Source: Lama glama
Lineage: Eukaryota
Reading direction: 5' to 3'
NCBI GenBank assembly: GCA_028534125.1
Contig: CM052817.1
Coordinates: forward strand, 46,936,001 to 47,000,000
Length of the DNA stretch: 64,000 bases
Position 1 is the first letter of the stretch; each line of letters opens with the position of its first letter. A program made the translations under genes and the position numbers. Positions 54,306 to 64,000 of the stretch are shown here, piece by piece. The notes below the pieces were generated by a model, which did not search any database, was not told where the DNA came from, and was given only the letters and a program-made list of their open reading frames with translations.

Positions 54306-54439
54306 GGAGGGAGGGTATAGCTGTGTGGTAATGCATGCCTAGCAAGCACAAGGTCCTGGGTTCAGTCCCCAGTACCTCCATCAAAAAATAAGTAAGTAAA
54401 CTTGATTACCTCCCCCCGCAAAAAAAAAAAAAATTAATA
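54306..54439 (+). mobile_element. tRNA-Ala-derived SINE (vic-1-like), long type
   Basis: tRNA-like head, ATTACCTCCCCCC segment and poly(A). TSD GTAAAAATAGTTAA (54292) and GTAAAGATAGTTAA (54440). Confidence 0.88.
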
Positions 54440-55392
54440 GTAAAGATAGTTAAATGAAAAAATATCATTAAATGATTGTCACTAGGGCATACAGTCAGAC
54501 AGTTATGAATAAGTTTTAGCTATGAAGGTAACTGTTCTGACTTTTAAGATTCAAACTCCTCCAGAATTTAAACTATTTAAATTTAAATGTGCTTGATATT
54601 TAAGGTTTTCACAAGAAATAGTTATGGTTGGTTGTTTTTGTTCTTCTTCTCTATAGTGTATAAAGAGATTAAATCACTAATGAGTACTCCCAAATTGCCT
54701 GTATTAAGAACTAGCCTTGTTTTGATAAGTAAAGCTTAAATTGCCATTTCTAAAAGTGTGTTTTGTGGAATATCCACAAGATAAAATAAAACAGTTGGGA
54801 TATGAAGTATAGTCTTCTGTTGGTGTTTTATCAGCATATTAAAGTTTTGTAAAGTCTTGATTTAAAGAAACATTTTTTTAAGCTAGATTTTCTGAGTTTG
54901 TTAAGTACCTAAATGTCTTTGTTTTTTTCATCATAACATACCAAGGGACAAATTTTCCCAAGGAAGATAGCTTGAGAATTGCCAATACAAGCAGTGATTT
55001 TTTCCAACCTCCATTTTGTTGTTGTTGTTATTGTTGTTTGTTTTTTTAACTTAACCTTTGTCTTCTCATTGCTCTGGTGTTATATTTTGCTCACTGTCAA
55101 GGAGTAAATTTATTTAAATATTAATTAGTGTGTAGTTGTAGTATTCACATCTTCACATTCTGCTGTCATGAAACTAAATGGGAAAATTGTGAGCTAAATT
55201 AAAAAATAACTGTGATGTCATAGAACTTTAACCAAATTTTAATATACGTAATTTATTATTTAAGCATTATTTTCATATTTCATTTTTCCTCAAAGAATGC
55301 GTGTTTAAGTGTCTTCAGAATTTAAGATTTTGTTTTTCAGAATTACAAGCCCTATAGATGATATGTATTTTATTTCAAAATATCTTCTCTAG

Positions 55393-55641
55393 ATTCTCCC
55401 GCACAGTCAGTATCTTCTGGAGTTCGTGCACCTTCTCCTGCCCCCTCATCAGTACCTTTAGGGTCAGAAAAGCCCAACAACGTCTCTCAGGACAGAAAAG
55501 TTCCAGTCCCTATTGGGACAGAACGTTCTGCACGTATCAGGCAAACTGGAACTTCAGCTCCATCTGTTATTGGGAGTAATTTGTCCACATCAGTAGGGCA
55601 TAGTGGCATCTGGTCCTTTGAAGGAATTGGTGGCAATCAAG
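55393..55641 (+). CDS. ANKRD17: ANKRD17 exon, (D)SPAQSVSSGVRAPSP...GIGGNQ
   Basis: tcttctctag| acceptor, AAG|gtatga donor; 249 nt. Translated by hand; the ORF-track entry here is in another frame. Confidence 0.93.
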
Positions 55642-56100
55642 GTATGATATGCTATTCTGCTTGCTGGAAATTAAGTTTATGCATTTAAAATATTTTAAGT
55701 AGTATATAACTATCATAGGCATTGTTTTAAAAAACCTGTGATTCACTTTGTTTTGACTAATCAGTTTATTTAAGTTTTGGAACATTTTACTTTATTTTAT
55801 CATGTTAAGGAGATGTTAATATTTCCTTTAGGGCTCTTTAGCTTTCATCTTATCTTTTTTTTTTTTTTTGGTAACACAAAGTGTTTAGGTTACTTTATTA
55901 GGCTATAATATCACTATCTACAAACATGGAAATACTGCAGTAAATATGTAAGAGTAGGTCATTCTGAAGGAATTCACAATTCAGTGTGGAAAATATTAGA
56001 AATATATGTGTATATATTTGTTTGTTTTTTTTTTTTTTTGCTGTTTTCTGATTTTAAATATCACCAATTATTTTTTTCTGCTTCTTTTGTTTTCCCTCAG

Positions 56101-56279
56101 ACAAAGTAGACTGGTGTAACCCTGGGATGGGAAATCCTATGATTCACAGGCCAATGTCTGATCCAGGAGTGTTTTCACAGCATCAAGCAATGGAGCGAGA
56201 GAGCACAGGAATTGTAACTCCTTCTGGTACATTCCATCAGCATGTTCCTGCAGGATACATGGACTTTCCTAAAGTTGGG
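56101..56279 (+). CDS. ANKRD17: ANKRD17 exon, (D)KVDWCNPGMG...DFPKVG
   Basis: tttccctcag| acceptor, GGG|gtaatg donor; 179 nt. Confidence 0.94.
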
Positions 56280-56600
56280 GTAATGGTGATTTAAATAAGC
56301 ATTTGTATTATTTCTAGATGTTTTCCTTACTATTAGCCTTATTTAACTTCCCACTTTCCCATAAGCATTTGTGAAATGATGCTGGAGCTTTGGCTTGGAA
56401 TGATAGGTCAAAGGCTGGCTAAAATATAAATATTTATAAATCTTGATTTTGTCCCAGTGGTTTAGAGAAATGTTTTTTAACAAAATATTTTTTATATAGT
56501 AGACTTATAGTATCTTCTATCTAATGCTAGAAGAAATCATATAATGGAAAATAATTTTTATATCACAGATTGCATAATCTTTGTTTTCTCCTTTTTTAAG

Positions 56601-56765
56601 GGTATGCCTTTTTCTGTGTATGGGAATGCAATGATTCCTCCAGTAGCACCTATTCCTGATGGTGCTGGAGGACCCATATTTAATGGCCCTCATGCTGCAG
56701 ACCCCTCTTGGAACTCCCTGATAAAGATGGTTTCAAGCTCCACAGAGAATAATGGCCCTCAAACG
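56601..56765 (+). CDS. ANKRD17: ANKRD17 penultimate exon, GMPFSVYGNA...NNGPQT
   Basis: ttttttaag| acceptor, ACG|gtaagg donor; 165 nt, phase 0-0. Confidence 0.95.
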
Positions 56766-57481
56766 GTAAGGCTGATCATTCAGTGATCATTTACTTAGTG
56801 TTTATGGTATGCCAGTACAAATAGGATACAGATAAATCATGGTAGTGAGAGAGAATGGCAAATATGGGCAGTTGAGGAAACTGTGGAAAATTTAATATAG
56901 CTGAAATATAGCAGAGGGATGTGAAAAATGGTACCAGAGGTAGTGGTTTGAGGCTAAAATTATGAAAGACGTTATATAACATATTCCATTGCGTAGCAGA
57001 TGTTAAGTAAAAGATTTTAAGTTGCAGAGTATTGTAATGTAATTTTATGTATCAAAATTTGCTAGTGTGAAAAGGGCCATCTAGAGGTTATTTATTAAAA
57101 GTATTTTAAGTGCCAAAACAGTATATAACTGTGAAAATGCACAGAAATGGTTGTATATTTTAGCTTATTGTGGTATATGTTTAGTATCTCTGATTCATTT
57201 TCCTCTCACAATCAGCAACCTGTATGTACTCAGATAATGGTCCTTAAAAAATACTGATAAATCAGATCCTGTTTGAGGGATAAAAGGAGAGGCAAGGAAA
57301 CAACAGATAAAAGTGGTTTCTTGCTGTTTTTCTTCATTATCTCTCAGTATGCTGCAGATTGACTGAGACTTAGCTGTTTTAGTTCATAAATATTAGGAGA
57401 CTTCCTTAGTGTTTAAGAGTTTTGTTTTAATCAAATATATGTTAAATGTGTATTAATAAAATGCATGCTCTATATTCATAG

Positions 57482-57541
57482 GTGTGGACTGGACCCTGGG
57501 CACCTCACATGAACAGTGTGCATATGAACCAGCTTGGCTGA
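57482..57541 (+). CDS. ANKRD17: ANKRD17 last exon coding part, VWTGPWAPHMNSVHMNQLG*
   Basis: ttcatag| acceptor; TGA at 57539-57541 immediately followed by a second TGA. Confidence 0.95.
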   Translation: MWTGPWAPHMNSVHMNQLG

Positions 57542-57916
57542 TGAGGATCAGCTTGTTAGCCTGCAGATTCCTTTTCATTCAGAGGAAATCACAAGTGGCC
57601 GAAAAAAAATTTATGCTCCCAAATCATTCTACTGATGTGCTTGACTGAAGTGTGTAGGCTTTTTGCAGAAGAACTTACTAACTGACCTATTTTCTGTGAA
57701 CATTTGTGACTGCCCATTCCCCACCATCATCTGTTTTACCTTAGTTAGCATTTTTCTTATCATTTTTCTTTTTTTCTTTCCCTCTTCCCCTTTGGACATA
57801 ACTTTCTGTTGAAGCTGTTCTTTGGCTGGTTGGTTTTAGTACTGTAAACTGCTTCTGAGCAAACACGGAAATTTAGCAAAATTATGTAAACTTGATCCTG
57901 AAGTTTTAGAATGGCA

Positions 57917-57922
57917 AATAAA
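57917..57922 (+). terminator. Proximal polyadenylation signal AATAAA
   Basis: Canonical hexamer with TGTA elements upstream (actgtaaa, tatgtaaa) and a CA about 15 nt downstream. Confidence 0.55.
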
Positions 57923-58714
57923 TGTACAATTGTTTACATAACAGAAAAGGCTAAGCAGAAAGTAAATTTCAATATGTCAGTATAGAGGCTCTACTTTATG
58001 TAGACTTAAATTAATGTGAGATATGTACCTTCATATTCAGAAATCTGGATGTTTCCTTCATACATTAAACTATTAATAAGTATAACTTTTCTGCTTGTGT
58101 AATTTAAGTATACAGTAAAACAATGGGCATTATTAGTGAATGTTTCCCGACGTTGGCTTTTAAAATACCATGTTGCTCTCTTTTGAGTTTGTCTGCAGCA
58201 AGGCACATATAGAATAAGAAATTTATCACTTTTTCATGTCTCTTTTATTACCTTGTCACACCTTTAAAACTAATACACACTTCTCTCTCCACTCTTTTTT
58301 CTCTCCTCACCCTTACCACTAATACCAGTAAAATTTTCTTGCTGATCGTGAAATAATGCTGTAAAGATTTTTACTCTAATGGCTGCTACAGAGAGATGGA
58401 AAACCTTCATCATCACCTGTGGTTTCTTCTGACCATAAAAACATTCAGTCTTTCTGAGAATTTAAAAAGCCACTATTGTTCCCAGTCAGCATATACAAAC
58501 TCTTAATATACTGTTTATTAAACAACTCAGTGTACTATTGGATAACATTGATTCTTAACTTTGGCTTTTGAGTCATCAGGAGTCAACATAAAAATTTCCA
58601 ATTTTCAGTAATTTAGTGGGAAGTTTTTGTTTTTTTTTTCAATTTTAAAGGCTTCTCAATCTCTACACTTGTATGTTACCAGTGAAAAGGATCAACAGCT
58701 AACTTGGGGCAAGT

Positions 58715-58928
58715 AATAAAATAAATTTTGTATTTGTCATTAAGACAATTTATGGTAGACATGAATACACAGATTACAAAGTGAAGTCTCCATTTAACTT
58801 GTTTATATAAGACATAGGGCCACACTAAATTACTCAGTGGGATTTATATATTCAGTTCACTTGAAACAATAAACAGTAATGTATCCAAGAAGAATATGTG
58901 TCCTACCCTGTCTCCTGTGGAAAATAAA
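58715..58928 (+). terminator. Distal polyadenylation signal cluster (AATAAA at 58715, 58720, 58868, 58923)
   Basis: Four canonical hexamers within about 210 nt. Confidence 0.6.
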
Positions 58929-61900
58929 TTATATGGCTGAAATGTAAAAGAAAGTAAGCATAAAAGTTAAGTAATGTATATATCAACCTGTCTTTTTTTT
59001 AAATTAGACATAAATTCCACACTGTTGAAACACAGACATCAACTAAAATTCAGATAGGTCAGATGACAATATTAAATATGGTTTCTTAGCTGTTCAAATA
59101 AATGAAATGCTTTCTTTACTCTGGTAACCTAAGTAAAGAGTAAAAAGAAGATTTCTCAAACATATCTAGAAGTTTGTAAACAACACATTTATAGCTTTTA
59201 ATTTAGGAAGTGGTCTTAAAGTACATAAATTTGGTTTTCTACCTATCTATGATTGATATGACCAAATTTAAAGGAAAAGCTCAATGATATCCTACAAATA
59301 AATATGGCTATGACATAAAATTACAGCACTTTACTAAGAAAGGGGGTATAATGATATTTAACAGAGTATTTTATGTATGACTTTTACCATATCATATAAT
59401 TTTTTGCTTAATTTCTCTCCTGTGTTTACTAGGGCTATTTTCTAGTTAAAATAATCCTGCTAAATAACAGATATACCTAGTATTTATCGCAACATATGAG
59501 TTGTGTTGACTCACAAAACTGAATTTCTTAGGATGGGATATCTTACTAAAAGTGAAGAGAAAAAAACTTATTTTTTTTTACTTAAAAACCATATGACAGA
59601 GGGATATTGAATGGAATGCTCCTTATTTAGTTTTGGGAATCAGACTTGTTAAATAAAATACCATGGTTTTAGAAGTCTGTACTAGGAACATTTTTTTCAA
59701 ATACATTGTTTATATTTCAGATGTAATGCAGTGCATTTTTATTTGAACAATAAAAAAACAATCTTTTGAGACCACGCAGGTCTTTCCCCCCACCTTTGAA
59801 AGTATGTGGTATGTGTAATTGCAGACTACATAATGTATTTCTTTTCACTTATTCTTTTAAGAAGTAACTTAACTCTTGGAAATAACAGTTAGGTTAGTTC
59901 ATACCTTAAATCTCCAAATAGTTAATATCCCAGTTACTGTGTAATCTGTTCATACCAACCATTCCATTTTCGAGATGATTTTGTTTACTAGTGCCAACAG
60001 AATCCCTATTTCATGCTTTTTCAACATATATTTCAACATGTATCAATATATTCCCAAAAGGTGATTTTAGTATTCATGTGAAAGATGTTTTCCCTTCTGT
60101 TTCCTGTTACCAAAAGTTAAATCATTTTATTTTATTAGTAATTGAAAATTAATTTTTTGGTAAATTACTATACTTAGTCATTTTTCCTCTCAGGGAAGAA
60201 AAGGAGGTAAATAGTTTACTAACTTCCTGTCTTGTTTTTCATGAAAATATTATTCCATCTTTCTTTTGATTCAAATGACCTAAATACACATTTATTCATA
60301 TTATTCACTTTATTTTTAAAACAATCCAAAGTGTTAAACAGGGAAACTCAAAATCACAAAACTTCAGATCCTCTGATTTATTCAACGTATTTTCACTTAG
60401 ATGTTTTTCAGAAACACTCTTATACACACAGTTCTGGAATTACAGAACAGAACATTTGAAGAATGCCAAAACTTTCAAATATCAAATTTTAAAATCAGGA
60501 TTATTTCAAAATGATTAAAATATCAAAGGAAAACCTAATTCACTGTTTTTCATCACTAATGCAGAGATTCAGTATTCCATTACTCAATATATTTTTACTG
60601 TAGATAAATGAATCTATTCAGATGTCTTTTAATATTAATGTTTGGTATACTTACATTATATTTGGTAAATTCTGGATACTCCTGAATCTCTGGCAGTATA
60701 CATCCCATTGATAAATACTTCCTTAAATAAGTCACAACACTCAATTAACAGGTTTTGTGAGTTAACTGGTATTAATTCCAGATGACTGGAATTTAGGATG
60801 AGAGTATCATTAATGCTTTAATACTATCTACTGTGTAATACACCTTGATTGCAAAAATACCATCACTTGTATTTTGGATGAGTGAATATAGAGAAAAGTG
60901 TGACACAGCGGCTTTGACATAAATAAGAATTTCTTTCTGTAACAACTGGAATATAGGACTATTAGACATGTTATAAAAAGTTTCATATTAGACTTCTACC
61001 TTTAAATGAATTCACACTTTTGAAAGGTAAACAATTTTGCATGCTCAATACTTAAGAATCAATAATAAGATGATACGAGGGGATATTAATAAGAGGAAAA
61101 GGTAATTCTACATTAGATAGCTTTGCTTTTGAAAAGTAATGCATTAAAAAAATTGGAAAAAGAAATTAAATCTGATTCCAAGGGATCACTTTAACAATTG
61201 CTTGTGAAAATATCCTTTAAAAGTTCTTTAGTCAAACATTTCAGAAGGCATATTTAGGAAATAAGAAATTAAAACGACCGTACATATATACAGTCTATAT
61301 GTATAATAGCATATATTCACATTTTGACCTCCATTCCTGTGTTCAGCACTGTAATGGATAAGAATTTCAGGAACTGAAGAAAGTAAATGAAATACAGTCT
61401 CTGTTTTTAAGGAGCTTAAGTAAAGTTTAGAAAAAAGTTAGCTGTGTGATGTAGTAATAATAAAAAAGAATAGGCCAGTCATATTGAACTTTTAAAAAAT
61501 GTTTAATGTGTCCATTTGAAACGTATTACGGTTGATATGATTTCAGTTGGTTGGTTTGCCCAGTATTTGGTCATTTTGTACTGTATTCTGCAACCCAAAA
61601 GATACCAGGTGTTACAATGTTTGTTACCAGTACACAAGATACACATGAGTGCTAACACTTCACTTTTGCATTGGGTTTTATCATTGACAAATAGTTCTCC
61701 CAACATTCTCTACCAAATAGACAGCAAATTCTGATCATTCCCATTATCCAAATTTAAGAATACATGTTTATATGTATGAAATTAGCAGGTTAAATATGCA
61801 TAAATTTTACTTAGATCAAAAAAACTTGTTAACAGTGGAACATTTTTAAAAGAATGTAATTTGTGACCCCAATATGTAGCAGAAAAGGTGGGCCTACACT

Positions 61901-63027
61901 GATTGAAGACGTCCCAGTCCCAACCCCTGATACACTCCACAGAAGGAATTTGAGGAGTAGCTTGAAAACTCTTAATTTAAATTACATGAACTGTGCATGC
62001 ATGAAGATTTTTCATTTTAGGATCTTTTTTCTTTAATCAACTTTTCTCCTGGATATTAGAAAGTCAGAGTCCCTCTGCTTAAGTGCCACTGTGGAAGGGC
62101 CAACACCTAAATGTCATCAGTTCCCTGGAAGGAGAGGAATGCAGCTGCATAGAAGTTGCTGCTTAACTCCCACAATCTTCAGGCAAGGATACTTCCACCT
62201 AAAATCAGTAGTCAGTAGCAACCGGTTGCCTTTTTTTTTAACTTGACGAATGAATAGGGAGATACGCTTTTAAAAAGGAAATTATATAGCATATATTGGG
62301 ATGTGTGTGTTAACATTTAAAAATTCACATATGAATTTACCAGTCAATTTGAAGGAGGATGACGTCCAGAATCCAGAGAAAAGAGTATCTGGTACCCTTG
62401 GGTAAGTTCATAATGAAGCAAAAACAGTAGCTAAGTTTGGTGTAACCCCAACATTGGTCAGAGCTCACGTCTCAGTCAACATTTTATTCCTCACGACACA
62501 ATCTGGCCTCTAGGTCTAGGAGTGAGCCTTCTCTGAGGAAACTCCTTTATGTCATTCCAGTGTGCTTGCTGTTGCCAGGAACTCACAACTAAAAACTAGT
62601 CTTATGTACATTTGGCCTATTCCTTTCAACCGGCAGACTCCTCATGTTGCTGCTCAGGCTGTTGAAAGCTCATATAGGATATATGTTATGCCCCAGCAAG
62701 GAATTCACCGCGCTGCCAGTGATAATTCCACTTAATTCAGGAGATGGTACTTGACCCTTAATATAAGAGTTTGCTGCTCTTTATAATGAAAGCTAAAACA
62801 CTGAACTTGGGTCTGAAAATGACTATTAAAACGGATGAGCCAACTAAAGCTTCACACCACAGACTAAACTATGTCTAGTGCTGATTACAACGGGGTGGGC
62901 CAGAAACACATGCCTCTCTCCAAACTGGCATTTCAGCAATGTGTTGACTCCTGTATACCATAAACTATCTCAACCTCTAGCGGAAGCAATCGGGAGCACA
63001 TAAAGAGCTGGGGGACTACCCTCTGAT

Positions 63028-63047
63028 CACACACACACACACACACA
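63028..63047. repeat. (CA)10 microsatellite upstream of the COX18 CpG island
   Basis: Read directly from the sequence. Confidence 0.9.
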
Positions 63048-63099
63048 AAACACATCCACAAAGCTTAACCCGTGACACGATTAGCTTAAGTGAAAAAAA

Positions 63100-63860
63100 T
63101 GTAAAGGCATACGCAGAAGACCGGCTCTCTTAGGCGAGAACTTCCTAGAGAACGCCCCGCCCTGCTCAGGGCAACAAGCCCCGCCCCCGATTCTGAAATT
63201 CCTTTTGGCCTCTGAGGAGCTCCACGCCAGCAGCGCCAAAGTACCGTGTGTGCGCAGTAGGCCTGCTCAGTGCCGCGTGGGAAAGGCGGGACTTCGCTAC
63301 CATCTGCGTCATCTCCAGCGCGACGCAAGACGTCACCGGCTTGACTAGGAAGATCAATTGTGGCTGCCGGCGCGCCCACGCCTACTTTATGCGCGGGGTC
63401 GCCGGCGCATGCGAGGAATAGTCTCGGCTGCGCGATACTACTCCGTCGGGAGGTCCGCGTGTCCAGCTCCTTGGTGGTGGCAGACATGCTGTGCCGGCTC
63501 AGCCTTCGGTGGCTACGGCCGCTGCCTGCCCTGCGGCTCGGGGCCCTGGGCCCGCAGCTCGCGCCCGTCCTAACGGGCGGCATGAGGCCCTCAGCTCTGC
63601 CAGTGTGGGCAGCCTCGTCAGTCTCTGCAGTTGCCCCGGGTGGCGCGGGAGGCTGGTACGAGGCCCTGGCTACGTCGGCTCCGGTACAGGGCGCGGAGGA
63701 GCTGCTGCTCTGCGCGCACACCTCCACGGGCCTGCCCTGGTGGGGCAGCATTCTCCTCACCACCGTGGCCCTGCGCGGCGCCGTCACGCTGCCCCTGGCC
63801 GCCTACCAGCACTACATCCTGGCCAAGGTGAGGCTTAAGATCCCCAGATAGCTTCCGGAG
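63100..63860. promoter_or_regulatory. COX18: CpG island / TATA-less promoter of COX18
   Basis: Abrupt rise in GC and CpG. GC boxes CCCCGCCC at 63155 and about 63179, CRE-like TGCGTCA 63305 and GACGTCA 63329, NRF1-like GCGCATGCG 63405-63413, ETS/GABP-like CTTCCGG 63852-63858. This set is typical of nuclear respiratory-chain genes. Confidence 0.8.
63486..63827 (+). CDS. COX18: COX18 exon 1 (mitochondrial Oxa1/YidC-family cytochrome c oxidase assembly factor): presequence plus first hydrophobic segment
   Basis: ATG with G at -3; R/L-rich MLCRLSLRWLRPLPAL presequence; GLPWWGSILLTTVALRGAVTLPLAAYQ Oxa1-type motif; AAG|gtgagg donor; 342 nt, phase 0. Confidence 0.95.
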
Positions 63861-64000
63861 TGCTGCGTGTTAATCAGCACCAATACGGCAGTGAGCTACT
63901 TTACAAAAGAATTAACATAGGACAGGAAATAAATGCAAATTTTGTGTGGTTGCCACAGAGCGTGTTAAATACTATTAATTGACTTCTGTTTCTTGGTTTA

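Larger units (their letters stand above)
1437..57541 (+). other. ANKRD17: ANKRD17 (ankyrin repeat and KH domain protein, MASK2), 3' part of the gene: 20 coding exons, 5' exons lie upstream of the window
   Basis: Twenty AG...GT/GC-bounded exons join with consistent phases into 5480 nt (2 + 1826 codons including stop). The peptide matches recalled mammalian ANKRD17 from ASKQKSSSHLPANSQ to HMNSVHMNQLG*, and COX18 is the expected downstream neighbour. Confidence 0.97.
57542..58950 (+). other. ANKRD17: ANKRD17 3' UTR (end approximate)
   Basis: AU-rich sequence after the stop, with no repeat I recognise, ending in a cluster of AATAAA signals. Confidence 0.7.

Noticed and set aside
63086..63787. 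233-aa minus-strand ORF and other overlapping ORFs at the COX18 start
   Set aside because: Stop-poor GC-rich CpG island antisense to COX18 exon 1, with no recognisable domain.

Overview
This is mammalian genomic DNA, very probably from a camelid, judging by tRNA-Ala-derived vic-1-type SINEs and camelid-type L1 3' ends. It holds the 3' 20 coding exons of ANKRD17 (MASK2) on the + strand, from 1437 to the stop at 57541. I stitched these by hand from their splice sites into one continuous 5480-nt frame: Q-rich coiled-coil cassette, second ankyrin cluster, basic NLS, KH domain, and a long S/T/P-rich tail. The 3' UTR follows with several AATAAA signals. About 4.5 kb downstream on the same strand lie the CpG-island promoter and exon 1 of COX18. 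Introns contain old MIR, L2, L1 and DNA-transposon fragments, four younger SINEs and microsatellites. I see no prokaryotic-type system, CRISPR array or genuine RNA gene, and I cannot support a wholly new biological system. The most interesting signals concern splicing: a candidate 9-nt in-frame microexon (10434-10442, TVQ), two GC-AG introns (one weak and closing the KH exon, with a downstream UGCAUG), a NAGNAG acceptor, inverted SINEs around the giant exon, and a phase-compatible ANKRD17-to-COX18 read-through route. Repeat family names and human protein comparisons come from memory of consensus sequences, not from a search.
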